Part shown: positions 41,701 through 54,944 of the stretch, in pieces
How the letters are laid out: each line of letters opens with the position of its first letter
Position numbering within the stretch: position 1 is the first letter of the stretch
Source of the DNA: Octopus vulgaris
Lineage: Eukaryota
DNA length: 64,000 nt
Direction of reading: 5' to 3'
Assembly (NCBI GenBank): GCA_951406725.2
Contig: OX597832.1
Location: forward strand, 15,624,001 to 15,688,000
Translations under genes and position numbers: made by a program
The notes under the pieces: model-generated
The model's input: the letters and a program-made list of their open reading frames with translations, nothing else
Told to the model about the DNA's origin: nothing
Databases searched by the model: none

Positions 41701-41727
41701 CCGACGAAGAGCTTTGTTCGAAACGTC
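41701..41727 (+). ncRNA. Minimal type I hammerhead-ribozyme motif in a Penelope-like pLTR remnant
   Basis: ccGACGAA-GAGC-tttgt-TC-GAAACGTC closely follows the PLE pattern CTGACGAAG..stem..CGAAACGTC, with a T>C change in the core. Confidence 0.55.
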
Positions 41728-41915
41728 TAACTCATTCATTTAACTGATTGTCAAGATGTCTTCCACATTACTTGTGCAAGAAACCTTGCTGTCCATTGAT
41801 TTTATTAATGCTGTATTTTAATTGACTGTTCTAAATTGACTATTAATATATATTTATATATGTGTGATGGGTTTGTGTTGGTGTGTGTGTATGTATATGC
41901 ATAAATATGCATATT

Positions 41916-42062
<147 letters not shown>

Positions 42063-42414
42063 ACGCATGCTTATTTATATATACATCCTCACCCACACAC
42101 ACATCTAAATGTAACAGTAAGCGAATTTTAATTCATTCAACGTTTCAATATTGAATTAAGAGGTAGATTGTTTATTTATATGTGTTATGATTCTAAAGGT
42201 AGGCATGGTTCTGAAATGGCTTAAGTTATATTGAGGCAAGCGTGAATTTACTAAAATACGAAGAAGCTTGTGTAATTGAGAAATATTTATGAATACAGGG
42301 TTAACATTTGTACACATATACACATATAGATAAAGATTCACTTTTATACATATAAATATGTATATATGTCTTTGTGTGTGTATATGTATGTGTACATATA
42401 CCCCCACACACACC

Positions 42415-42479
<65 letters not shown>

Positions 42480-43139
42480 GTATATACATGTTTGTGTACT
42501 TGTGCGTGATTTTGTGCATGTATGATAGGTCACTAATGCCAAGTCTATACCTATTCGCCTGCTGAATACTACAAACTTACATGAGCGGACAGACACTCAC
42601 AAAACCAGAAACACACGTTTGTACAAAATCCACCACCAAGATAAACATAAATATGTGCAAATGTTTGAAGAGTTGGTTGCACAACAAATATACTTGATAA
42701 AGAAATCATTAAAGTGTTTTGTGATGTCCACATTTGCTGAAAATAGCGCAATTTCCTGTGTAGAAAGGCCAGCTTAAAATCGTGCATAATGAATGTTATT
42801 ACCGAATTGCAAAATGCTGTTTCTAACGCAGGCCTTATTTAGTGTAAGGACTTTGAAAGATTATATCTTATTTACATAAGCGCTCACAGTTTTCAGTCGA
42901 TGATTAATTTTTTGCCTAACAAGTGAGTAAAATGTATATTGATATATACAATTTTAGTATGCTTCACACATTTTAGAAGTGAGAGTAAGGAAGTCGAGTT
43001 ATGATAAAATTGTTTTGATGTCAATGCGATTTAGTATCCAAATCTAAAACCTGCCTAAATTATAACTCCATCGAAATTATCAGCTAGACGATATATTCGT
43101 TATGACATCCTGGTTACATTCTACATCAGCTTTCTTTTC

Positions 43140-45455
43140 TTTTTTCTCATTCTCCGTTTCCACTTCTGTTGCAGAAAAATCCATAACAAAGTTCAAATAC
43201 GACCCTGACGCAGGGGTTACCTTGGAATCATAGTACAGAAATATATGCAAACATTCGGGAAAGAATATAAAGATTGGGATGGCGAAATGAAAACACGCTT
43301 AAACTTGAGAAAAGAACGTGAACGTTACACTAATTATGTACACCCAAGAGAATTTTCGGACATAATCTTTAATGACACGATAGATATCTAACGTAAAATT
43401 CTCACTGAAAAAGCACAATGTTCTACACACGTTGAAATAGAGAAAAACAACGATGAAGACTACATTACATACGCTGGTAGAGGAAACACAGAATGCGAAA
43501 AGTTTACGCTGGACGAATTAACACCAGGCATGTTCAAATGCCTGAGTTTACATAGGGACGTGCTGCTGAAAAGGGCGCAGAGGTTAGAACCAGAATTCTC
43601 GCAAAGCTGGAACAAAACCAGGATGTGTCATAAAATTGTGAAAGGCGAGTGGAAGAAATTGAACGTAAAGATTGTTTCGAAGTAAAGCAAGATCGAATTA
43701 ATTAGACTAGAGATAAAGTAGTTCCGAAAAAAAAATCAGGAAATAAGTCAATGTTTCGCATGGTGTAATATCGTTGTGGAAATATAGGACATATTAAGAC
43801 GTACTGGAGAATGGAGATGACACAACGTGAGATAGAAGGAAAAAGAATAAATGTGCTCGGAAGAAATTGGTAATATAACGATGATGAATTTTGCGTAGGT
43901 GAAAATCAGAAATACATCACTTAAAAGGAAAATAGACAGTGGAGGTATTATCAGTGTTATAAAAGAAAAAGAAAATGGAAATATGTCCGTAATCCGAACT
44001 TAATTAAATTGAAGAAAGTAGCACATGGGGTGCTACTTTCAGTGAATTTGTATGTAATGTAATATTTCCTGATCAAACGGCACAGACGTATGCGTTACAA
44101 AGTTCACTTAATTTGTTCGGCAGGGAGTGAATTGAATTATTCAAAGTATGGAATACGTGTTTTGTGTGAAACATTCGTTGGTTCGTTCGAACGTTTGAAT
44201 GCGTTTGAAAGACCGAAAGAAAAAGACTGCCTGTATGTAAGCCAAACCGAAATAAAAAATTGCCCACGAAAAAAGAAACTATCGTTTAAAAGTACATGTG
44301 CCGTGGTCGAGATTTCACATCGTTTTTGCTGGTTGATGAAAAGGTTCTTACTGCTTAGTGATAATTGATAGGTTTTCGAAATAGCTAGCAACTGGTTAAT
44401 GTAAAAAACCGACCTCCTCAACCTTGATAAAACGTTGCACGAACATTTTGCAAGATTTGGTATCCCATACAAGATATTTTCTGCCAATGGATTGCAAATT
44501 GTGTAACGAGTATTTCAAAAGTTTTGTGAATTGTTCGCGGCAGAACATAAAGCTACAGTGCCATACCACCCCAGATCTAATGGACAGCTAAACACTTTCA
44601 CTATACCTTTAAAAGTGCCCTTAGCAAATTGAAAAAGGAACTGATGAATTAGGTAGCTCTGCAATTTTTAAAGACGTACGGTATGACACCAAATCCAAAT
44701 ACATCAGGCAGTTCACCAGTGGACCTAATGTTTGCAAAGAAAGTAAAATGTATCCGGCAAGACAAGAAAGTGTGTCAGGGAGGAAATAACAATATTCTTT
44801 AAAGTTGGTGAAAAGGTGTATATGAGGGCATACAGATATTGAAAGCAGATTTGGGAAGATGACGTAATTATCAAATGCTTAAGTAGAATGATGTTATGGG
44901 TAAAACGTAGGAAAGACGTAGAAAAGAGACACAGGAACCAACTGAAAATGCGATTCGTGAAAAGCGAACCGGAGAATTTGGAGGAAAACAATGTAATGGT
45001 TGCACAATATATGCGACGGACGAAAGCCACTGCAGGTCATTGAACCCAGGTGTACAAGTGAGAAGAAACAAAACGTACAGAGGTCTTGAGAATAGATGCC
45101 ATGCAAAAAAAATATTATAGTTTTAGGGGAAAAAGTTAAAAAAGAGATGTGGCGGCGGATAAAAGAAATACTGCTAAATAAGATGACACATCCAAAGAAA
45201 AAAGTAAAGGGGAAATCTGGGGAATCAATAATAACTGTATATACCTCCCACGTGGCGTATGGAATAACTTAGATAGTATAAGTAAAGAGAAGTACGTAAA
45301 GTACCGGAGTACGTAGTAGGCGGTCAGGGATGGTTGAATATTTGTGGATTACTAAGTGTACCCTGTATGGAAGTGGACGTAATAACAATCTAATATTGTA
45401 AGGATTATAACAATTTCCTATCTCTTGCAGTAAATATTTACTCCTGCAAATACAT
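43140..45455 (+). mobile_element. Decayed Ty3/gypsy (Mag-like) LTR retrotransposon: gag, protease, integrase and probable 3' LTR; RT/RNase H not seen
   Basis: gag: KFKYDPDAGVT..., EDYITYAG..NTECEKF.LDELT..MFKCL, EVRTRILAKLEQ. Protease: IDSGGIISVI. Integrase: LHEHFARFGIP..IFSANG.Q...FC....EH....PYHPRSNGQ, LQFLKTY..TPNPN...SP. Purine tract then TGTGG at ~45148. Confidence 0.85.
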
Positions 45456-46201
45456 CTTCTCATTCACCTATTCCCTTTTATGAGGAGTATCACGATCATC
45501 CTCATACGATTTGGCGCATCAGAAGCAAATCATGGTTAAAGCATTTGGTGATCTTTGACGGTCTAACGTAGAGTTGTCATTGTTTTGATTGTGGCAAGTG
45601 TTCCAAATCATCAACACTTCTTCGTACATCATAAATATCATCATATTCATCTTTACCTTAACAATTGTCTGTAATCATGATCATTAACATCATCATCATC
45701 ATCAAAATCATCACCGAAATCACCATGATGATCAACATCATGTTCCCTCCCATCTGGCTGTACGTCAACAACGTCATAGAGCGCATCATTCTAATAAGTA
45801 TTTATCTTATCGTTGACAACATATTAGTTAATATTCATGAACGCCATTTCAGTTGTATTCATTGATGTCAATTTTTTCACAATAGCTAAAAAATCAGAAA
45901 TAATGCAAGCCACATTTTCATATAGGAATAACGTTTCAGTTTTACCATACAAAGCACAAAAGTGTGTTGGCAAATTTTATATATATTTCTCAAAACACAT
46001 ACATATATACATATCAAAGAAAAAATGAAAACTATTAAATAGTGCAATGCAATCGTGCTGCTTCTCAGCAAAACAAATCATCGTCACGTCTAAGTATAAA
46101 TAGGATATTGATATTACAATGCACTAATATTTACTGGAAATATCACTCGATAATATACGATGCTTTAGTAAAGCTTCACTATATATATATATATATATAT
46201 A

Positions 46202-46445
46202 TGGGAGAATACACACAAAAAAGACGAAGACAGGTGGTGTGGACAACAAACAGATGTATTGCTATAACGCTTGGGAAGTGAATATGTTTTTAACGTTTCG
46301 AGCCTACGCTCTTCAACAGAAAGGAACATACAAATAAACAAGGAGAGAAAATAAAGAACGTGTAGTGGCTAGCGATCTATCGTGGCGAATGCCGCACAGA
46401 AGGGTCACACAGGAGAGCTCGGGAGAATGGGAGATAATAAATCAA
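46202..46445 (-). mobile_element. Penelope-like pseudo-LTR with hammerhead-like motif (46291-46319)
   Basis: Paralog of 49492-49685. Minus motif CTGTTGAA-GAGC-gtag-GCTC-GAAACGTTA. Flanked by (TA)n. Confidence 0.75.
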
Positions 46446-46472
46446 TGAGCCGCCCACAAGCATTTTTGCCAG

Positions 46473-46537
<65 letters not shown>

Positions 46538-49280
46538 TGGCTAAAATGCTTGCATGTGGCGAATATCAAAATATTACATCTTACCAGTAGAATGAATATT
46601 TAAGAAATGTACGAGTCAGATGTCGATTACTTAGGTCTTAGATTGCAAACTATCACAAAGTACGTTAGTTAATCTAAACTTCATTAGTTCTCATTGACTA
46701 CATCCACCTAGACAAAATTTCAAATATCGCTACATCAATACTAGGGGAAAAGTAACACTAGTTGGTATGTATAAGCAAATGAGGACAACGTGGAGAATGC
46801 TAAAAAAACTATTTTAGCATTCTCTACCTTGTTTTATTTTCATGAGATATATATATATAAGAAGAGTAACGTGTAATACATCACCCAACATAAATTGTCG
46901 CCTTACATACCAAATGTTAATTCTCTATTGTATCTGACTTCAATAAATTTTGATTTTAGTTGAGCAGAAAAAAGAACGTTTTTGATGCCTGATCGATGCA
47001 AATCAATACTGATACCACTTTGATTTGGCTAACTTATAATCATTCAAACAGATGATTAATCCAGAGAGATTTCTGGCTAGAACGTAGTGCAATCTAACAA
47101 AGCATTATGAGTCAAAGTTTCATAAACTTTATATTGTAGGTCACAATTATTTTATTTCAAAATTAGTATCGTAGAAAAGGAATTCGTCAACAGTTTTAAT
47201 GAAGTTTGCGCATTACATGCCAATACACAGGCAAGTAACACACATGTAAAAAATAGATAAATAAATGAGAAAAAAATTGATAAGACAGTGAGTCGCCGGC
47301 TGATACTCGTTGACGCTACACGGAAGAAAGAAGACATGCACCCAACACCAGATTTGAAGTTGCCTCCGAAAGGGGAGGGACTGCCACATCAAAATTGTAG
47401 CGGAGTAGGTGACGAAACCGGATGTGATTCCTCTTGATGATGTCTTGAGCTAACTGGATCTTATAAAGGAGCCGTTGTGTTAAAAGAACACGAAACACGG
47501 TTGAAATTCCTCCTAGTGAGATTTCTGTTGACAATAAGCTTTATTTATCGATAAGGTTTTGAATAATATCTTTTATAAACATATAATAAGGAATTTACAA
47601 GAAGGTGTGCACATTGATTTATATCTCTCATTGAACTTAACCGGTATATAATTTCTGCCTCAAAAAGGATACAGCGGGCGGAAAATAGATATCAGCGGAA
47701 TTTCAACTCAGAAATCAAAAATAACGATTGAGTCGTCAATTTGTTAGAGGTTTGGGTTTCCCTATTTTGAAATACAAGATTTTGATACTTTCATATTTGA
47801 CACATTATGTCTTCAATACGATACTTCGTATTACTGTGACTTTTCGAAAGCCTTGGACTCGTTTTAACTTGCTTGCTCCAAAGCTTCTGAGAGAATAAAT
47901 GCAACGTTTGTAAAACTATCCTGGGTTATATGCATCGATTAAAAATATTGAAAATATGTGTCCCACCATGGTCGCAGAGTAATGTCAGGTGAATGTGGGC
48001 GATGAGAACTAATCAAATCGACGGATTCCTTTTGTACGTAACTCGGCAGATACAAAGAAAATTATTTCAAGTGTGGTGCAAACCAACCAGACTCGAGTTT
48101 CTGTGGAATTGATTCTATTATTTAATACAAAAACTAGTAACTCAGGCTGTAACATGTTTATCTCAGATAAAAACTAGAAACACTTAATGACTTGGATTTT
48201 ATTTGGTATATTGAAGAAATATACACCCAGCCTGCAATTAATGGTATCACATTCAAAATAACAATGTTTAAAATGTATTATAATTAATTTGGAAATACGC
48301 AGCATTGTAAAACCATCTGAGCCTATGTTCGAAGAAACAATGTTACATAAAAATAAATAGACAAAATTATTAAATAAAAAGTTTGTGTAATTGTAATGTC
48401 ACTAAGTCTGATTAAATTATACGTTCAGACGTTAGTTGGAAATGAACTCAATTTGTGTAACTAGCAGAAAAGTCGTTGGTTTTAGATGCGTATTATTAGA
48501 AAGTTACATAACAGTTCTGTTATGAGATCAACATATGACACACAAACACACACATACAGTCATACACTCATACACATATATATGTACAACGATATTTTTT
48601 AATGTGTGCATTTATATATACGCCCCGATTGATTTATGACACCCAAGACTTCTACAACCAGAATTTGTCATTTTCCTGACCACCATGTTTGGTCCGTAAC
48701 TACTATATATCCCTTATCCTTATATTCTTTTACACATTTTATTTTTTTTATTTTTATTTTTATAAATTTATACCTTTATATTCATTTATATTTTTTATAT
48801 TTTTTATATCTCTTTTATATCTCTTTATATCTTTATACTCTACATCTTTATATTTTTCTATACTTACACTTTTTATATATTTTTTATCCTTCGTCCTGAA
48901 TTCTCGCCCCTCCATCTTTATCTCTATTTGCTCTTATTACCAGGTTCCTTCACGTCTGTCTGTATTTATATATTTATATACGTATATATTTATTTATTAA
49001 TTTATTTATATTACTTCAACATCCAAACTTCCTCATTATACATTGAGAGAAGAACGAGATGGACGCTTCATTTTTATGCTGTTGCCGCATTACGTCGTAC
49101 GCGAATGAGAGAATTTGCATCCCCAACGAAGAACTTTTGATGTAATACATGTCCTTGAAGAAGTAGTTGTGCGCGGCTGAAGAAGGCCACAGACGCACCT
49201 TATGCATTGTTATAAATCCGTCTAATAAAGGCCCGAAACATATATATCGCTGAATCCTTGGCATCATGTTTTAATTTTGA

Positions 49281-49319
<39 letters not shown>

Positions 49320-49458
49320 ATAGTAAAAAATCCGCATTACAGGGTCTGTCATGCCCGGAGTCCAACTTTGATAGAAATAAGCATTCTTGACTGCTATTTC
49401 TATTTTTTCGGTATGCGGTCAAGCAACCTGTTTTGCCTGTCCCTTTTTCTTATATACA

Positions 49459-49491
<33 letters not shown>

Positions 49492-49493
<2 letters not shown>

Positions 49494-49967
49494 GGGAGAA
49501 TTCACAAAGAAAACAAAAGACGTAGACATGTGGTGTAGACAACAAACAGATGTATTAGTATAACGCTCGGGAAGTGAAACTGTCTTTAACTTTTCGAGCC
49601 TATGCTCTTCCACAGAAAATAACACAGAAAAAAAGGAGAGAAAATAAAGAATGTGCAATGGCTAGCGATCTATCATGGCGAATGGGGCAGTTGCAGCTGG
49701 AGATAATGGGGTGGCCAAACTCGTTAAGTTTGTGGATTTAGGTGACGAAGAAATTTGTGGAGTTGCGAGGGGTAAGGACAATGACCTTGGAGGCGGCCGG
49801 GGGAGACTGGAGGAGGAGATAAGTTCATGGATAGTGGAGCACGCAGTCTGTTGGTAGCTGGGCGTGGCGTCAGAGGGCAGAGGGCAGGAGAAGGATGTGT
49901 CTTCAAGTTCGCGGAGAGAGGCCTTGTAGATGTCTAAGCGCCACACCATCAAGGCTGCACCCTTGTC
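49492..49967 (-). mobile_element. Penelope-like element: RT N-terminal fragment fused to pLTR (hammerhead-like motif 49587-49615), inserted in (TA)n
   Basis: DKGAALMVWRLDIYKASLRELEDTSF.CPLPSDATPSYQQT...IHELISSSSLP / frameshift / ..*IHKLNEFGHPIISSCNCP matches the PLE ADKG..VV / PKIHK...GRPIVS.C.CP motifs. Confidence 0.85.
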
Positions 49968-49999
49968 ATATATATATGTATATATCTTTAACCTTTCAC

Positions 50000-50283
50000 T
50001 TACTCTGACTTGAGACTGTGACCATGGTGGGACACGGCATTTCAAAATCTTTAGTCAAATGTATCGAGCCTTGGGTAGTTATACAAACTTTGCACATATT
50101 CTCTCGGCAAATTTTGAAGAAGTTATAGTCATGTTAAATCAATAACACCAGCTTTCAAGCATTAAAGTAGGGACCAGATGCTATAGGAGAAGGCACTAAC
50201 ACGATGTCTCAAGTGGCGTAACGAAACGCTGAAACATGCGATTGGGAAGCCGCTTTCTTACCTCACAGACACGCCTGCTCCAA
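50000..50283 (-). mobile_element. Degenerate SINE family C copy
   Basis: gactgtgaccatggtgggacacgg...gctataggagaaggcact...catgcgattgggaagccgctttcttacctcacagacacgcctgc. Confidence 0.65.
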
Positions 50284-50699
50284 TATATATGTGTGTGTTT
50301 GTGTGTGTGATTGTTTGTGTATGTGTGTGTTTGTGTTGTTTGTGTGCATGTGTGCGTGAGCGTTGGTTTGCAGGTATATATGTGTATATATCAGTGGACA
50401 TAGGTAGCATGGAAATCAATTCTCTGAAGCATTAAATATGCTGAACAATTGTGTATAATCACATCAACAGCCATATTCTTGTGCGAGCATTTATTTTTGT
50501 CTGTGTCGGCATATGAGAAAATGTGCAAGATACGCCATAGGATTTTTAAAAAAGTCCTTACGAAATACTGTAAAAATCTTGAATGCTCTTTCCAATCAAT
50601 CCACAGATGGCAAACGATAAAGCTAAGATTTTGGTCCAGTTATTATAGCCACACACCGATCATACTGTAATTGTTAATATCTTAGCATTTTAAATAATA

Positions 50700-51340
50700 A
50701 CAACGATCTACCTCAAAGATATTTTTCCATACAGAAAACTCAGATCTGCGGACGATGCTTCCAGAAATGTATATCGAAATCACTATGAAATTCCCATTCA
50801 TGCCATTTGTCATTTTGGAATGAAGTGTTTTTATACAAATTGAGCAATACAGAATTCAGCCGGAAAACTATTTCTGAAATATCAAATTTGCATTTGTCAG
50901 AAATTGAGAAAAATATCTATTTCTAGGAGGCCACATGTGTGGCAGATGGATTCGGCTCTTTGTCATATTCCCACCGACAATCATATTTCAGTCTTAGAAT
51001 ATTTATACGAATCCACCACCAGTCCTGTCCCTTTGATCCCCGAAATTGTAATTCCATCGATTACTGTGTTAGGTGCTTTTGTGAAAAACATATCTGAGCT
51101 ACAGAATTGGTAGCTTACACCAACGATGTGTTCGAAGATATTTCGAGGGTCAGAGTAAGGAATGCATGCGCAAAGGTTACGGAGCCGTTTTAAAATTATT
51201 TTTGAGGCCAAGAAGGACTAATTTAAATCAGATATTTTCTCCGAGGTATAATCTAATTTATTTCAGTTTTTAAGACTACGTTTTAGGCTGCATTTCAGTT
51301 TTTTTTTTTTTGTATTCCTTTTTCTGCACACTCTCATATT
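50700..51340 (+). mobile_element. Decayed Tc1/mariner-superfamily transposase C-terminus
   Basis: RRPHVWQMDSALCH (WQQDSAPCH), a degenerate SPDCNPxDY region, and VFEDI.R..VRNACA. Confidence 0.7.
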
Positions 51341-51366
51341 TAGACCTTAAATTATGTATTCTTCAT

Positions 51367-51497
51367 AAGGCGGCCTGCTGACACAATCGTTAGCACACCG
51401 GGCGAAAAGCTTTACGTTCTGAGTTCAAATTCCGCCGAAGTCGGCTTTGTCTTTCATCCTGACGGAGTCGATACATTAAGTACCAGTTGCCTACTGA
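51367..51497 (+). mobile_element. SINE family A fragment
   Basis: aaggcggcc..cgttagcacaccgggcgaaa..gttctgagttcaaattccgccgaagtcggctttgtctttcatcc..aagtaccagttg. Confidence 0.85.
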
Positions 51498-51804
51498 AAT
51501 GTCATGAAAGTGTCACGAAGATGCAAAGTCAACTGAACAGATATTGGGATAGTGCTATTTTCTATTAGGAAAAATGATTGGAAAAAATATTATTATATAT
51601 ATTATGGATAATCTAATCTGATCACGCTATTTATTAGCATTATCATGCGTTTAAGAATAAAAATTATATTTCTGTATCTTTCAATACATCTCGACGCATC
51701 TAAAACCAATTTTGTTTGTTTACACTCATTGTAAGTTAAATTCAACGTTAGCGTCTTACGAAGCTAAATTGATAAGTTCTAAAATTGCAGAACAATTTGT
51801 TAGT

Positions 51805-51877
51805 GGGTAGTTTAACTTAATGGTAAATCACTTGACGCGTAATCACAGAGATGTGAGTTCGAGTCCCATAACTGTCC
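51805..51877 (+). tRNA. tRNA-Thr(CGT)-like pseudogene, diverged paralog of the 32-kb copies
   Basis: GGGTAGTT..TAACTTAATGGTAAA..TGACGCGTAATCA..GTGAGTTCGAGTCCCAT-AACTGTCC. The ends pair as an acceptor stem. Same flanks as the 32-kb unit. Confidence 0.55.
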
Positions 51878-52864
51878 GATAACGTATTTTACTGCAATGT
51901 ATGGATAATTTATCCAGATCACGCTGCTTATTAGCATTATCACGTGTGTTAGAATAAACAATTTATTTCTGTATCTTTTATTATATAAAATTCTTATAAC
52001 GCAAACCAGACAATTTGTACTAGGTATATTCAATCAGCACGGTGTGCATATGCTATGAAATAAATTACACTGATGAAAGAAGGTTAGAAAAATGCGAGAG
52101 CAAAGATTGTCAGGTGCACTTTTTATGACCAAAGACTAAGATGAACGAGAGAAAAAAATTCTGCCTAAAGTACACAAAATAATTAATTAGTAATTTCGAC
52201 AGAATAGCTTTTTCATAATTAAATGCAACTTAAATATAGACAATTTCTATGCAGGAATCTTTATTATTTTATGCTTGTGCTGTTTCGTTCTGTCTTTGCT
52301 GACCTCTCACTTTCAATAACAAAGGTTCTATTTCGTTCGCTCTAATTAAAACATATCAAAGTTGCACTAATTTAACAGTGTTGCAAATAGTCTATTAATC
52401 ATTTCATGTATCGTAATAAATAAACATTTCTTTCGACATGTATAGCGTTAGTCATAGGATATCATAGGAGAGCAGAGTATGATCTTCTTTACATCGATTC
52501 GGTATGAATACGGCTAGTTGTTGGCAGCGTCTGCTCCCAATGGCTGGAACAGAACAGCTGAGGTGTATCGTATTGAATAGTTTGCCAGAGAAGACCTCTC
52601 GTTGGTTTCTGCAGAAAGATCTTCGCACTTCCGTTACAAGAAATGGAGAGAGTTGCCCCGGGTCCAGTTATGTATGGGAATCTCTCTTACACCCATACAA
52701 GAGACAAAAGAAGGTGCAGGCTTATAGACGATATCGGGTGACCAATTCTAGCAATTACTCAGCGTACCTATTCACTTAGGTCACCAATGAGTTAAATGAC
52801 TCATATGCTCTCTCTCTTACTCTTTCTGTCTCTCCTTATATACATGCGTTTATATATGTGTATA

Positions 52865-52869
<5 letters not shown>

Positions 52870-52905
<36 letters not shown>

Positions 52906-52931
52906 GTATAAATATATATATATATATAAGT

Positions 52932-52979
<48 letters not shown>

Positions 52980-52982
52980 GTA

Positions 52983-53058
<76 letters not shown>

Positions 53059-53098
53059 AATAATGAGAGAGATGGATTAATATCAATTTAATTAAATC

Positions 53099-53168
<70 letters not shown>

Positions 53169-53171
53169 AAA

Positions 53172-53202
<31 letters not shown>

Positions 53203-53212
53203 AAAAAAAAAA

Positions 53213-53257
<45 letters not shown>

Positions 53258-53263
53258 AAAAAA

Positions 53264-53329
<66 letters not shown>

Positions 53330-53390
53330 AAAAAAAAATTAGAAAAAAAAAAAAAAAAAAAAAAAAAAATAATTAATTAAAAAAAAGAAA

Positions 53391-53421
<31 letters not shown>

Positions 53422-53700
53422 TAAATAAGATAATACAAAGTGTCTAAATTTAAGTTGTATTTAATTATGAAGAATGTATTTTTTTTTTGTTTTTTTTTTT
53501 TTTTTTTCTTTTTTTTTTTTTGTTTGTTGTTTTGTTTTTTGTTTTTTTTGTGTGTTTATTTTTTATTTATGTGCTGTGTTTGTTTGTCTTTGGGGTTATA
53601 TATATATATATATATAATTTTTTTTTTTTTTCTTCTTTATTTTTTTTTTTTTTTTTTTCTTGTCTTTTTTTTGTGTTTTTTTTTCTTTCCTGCTCTTGTT
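52870..53700. repeat. (TA)n followed by degenerate poly-A (53104-53425) and poly-T (53478-53690)
   Basis: Directly visible. Probably low-quality consensus. Confidence 0.85.
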
Positions 53701-53758
53701 TACATTATGAATACATACATACATACATATATACATACATACATACATATATATATAC

Positions 53759-53817
<59 letters not shown>

Positions 53818-54124
53818 GTCAATGATGTAATTTGTTCACAATGTAAATGTATTAGTGATTGTGTTATTTTCATAAACCCCATCTTAGTATTGCACTATTT
53901 CAGTGTGTCTTACTATTACTAATGTAATCAGTAATAGTTTCAGTTTTTTTGGGTAAAATGTGTTCATTTATCGAATATACAAATGTGTGTGTGTTTGTGC
54001 GCGTGAGCTCACGTTTACATTAGCAAATTTTTATACATATATCTACATAAATAATTTGGGGCAACAATTTTCTAATTTAATCCGGTTTAACCCTATAGAG
54101 TTGTAGGCATTTACATATCGTACC

Positions 54125-54328
54125 TTACTCTTTTACTCTTTTACTTGTCTCAGTTATTTGGCTGCGGCCATGCTGGAGCACCGCCTTTAGTCTAGCAAAT
54201 CGACCCTGGGACTTATTCTTTGTAAGCCCAGTACTTATTCTATAGGTCTCTTTTGCCGAACCGCTAAGTGACAGGGACGTAAACACAACAGCATCGGTTG
54301 TGAAGCAATGCTAGGGGGACAAACACAG

Positions 54329-54377
<49 letters not shown>

Positions 54378-54522
54378 TACGACAGGCTTCTTTCAGTTTC
54401 CGTCTACCAAATCCACTCACAAGGCATTGGTCGGCCCGGGGCTATAGCATAATACACTTGCCCAAGATGCCACGCAGTGGGACTGAACTCGGAAGCTACT
54501 TACCGCACAGCCACTCCTGCGC
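54125..54522 (-). mobile_element. SINE family C, near full length
   Basis: Closely similar to 22908-23311, with a short deletion in the head. Tail ttactcttttactcttttac. Confidence 0.9.
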
Positions 54523-54747
54523 CTTGGGGTCTTATTTATCGTATATTTATATATTAATCAATAAATATACACAATACCTGTTGAAAGTCAATATTCAATT
54601 TTTGGGGATTAATCTATATGCAGGTATTCTATTTCGTGGTGCAAATTGATTCCCTGAGTTTACTGTAAGATATACTCATTAGGTTCTTTTTGTATTATCT
54701 GAAATAGATTACCCGCATATCAATTAATCCCCCAAAATTGTATATAT

Positions 54748-54808
<61 letters not shown>

Positions 54809-54909
54809 CCTGATTATTAATATAAATATGTAGTATAAATATATATGTAGACACATTCATGCTTACACACACACGCACACACACAGACAGACAAACACAC
54901 ACACACACC

Positions 54910-54944
<35 letters not shown>

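Noticed and set aside
47280-47540. GC-richer island containing tgatga and gaaac
   Set aside because: The elements are not in hammerhead order with supporting stems, and there is no convincing ORF.
53104-53700. Poly-A then poly-T as a giant hairpin or retrocopy tail
   Set aside because: Degenerate homopolymers next to a long (TA)n run are typical of low-quality consensus.
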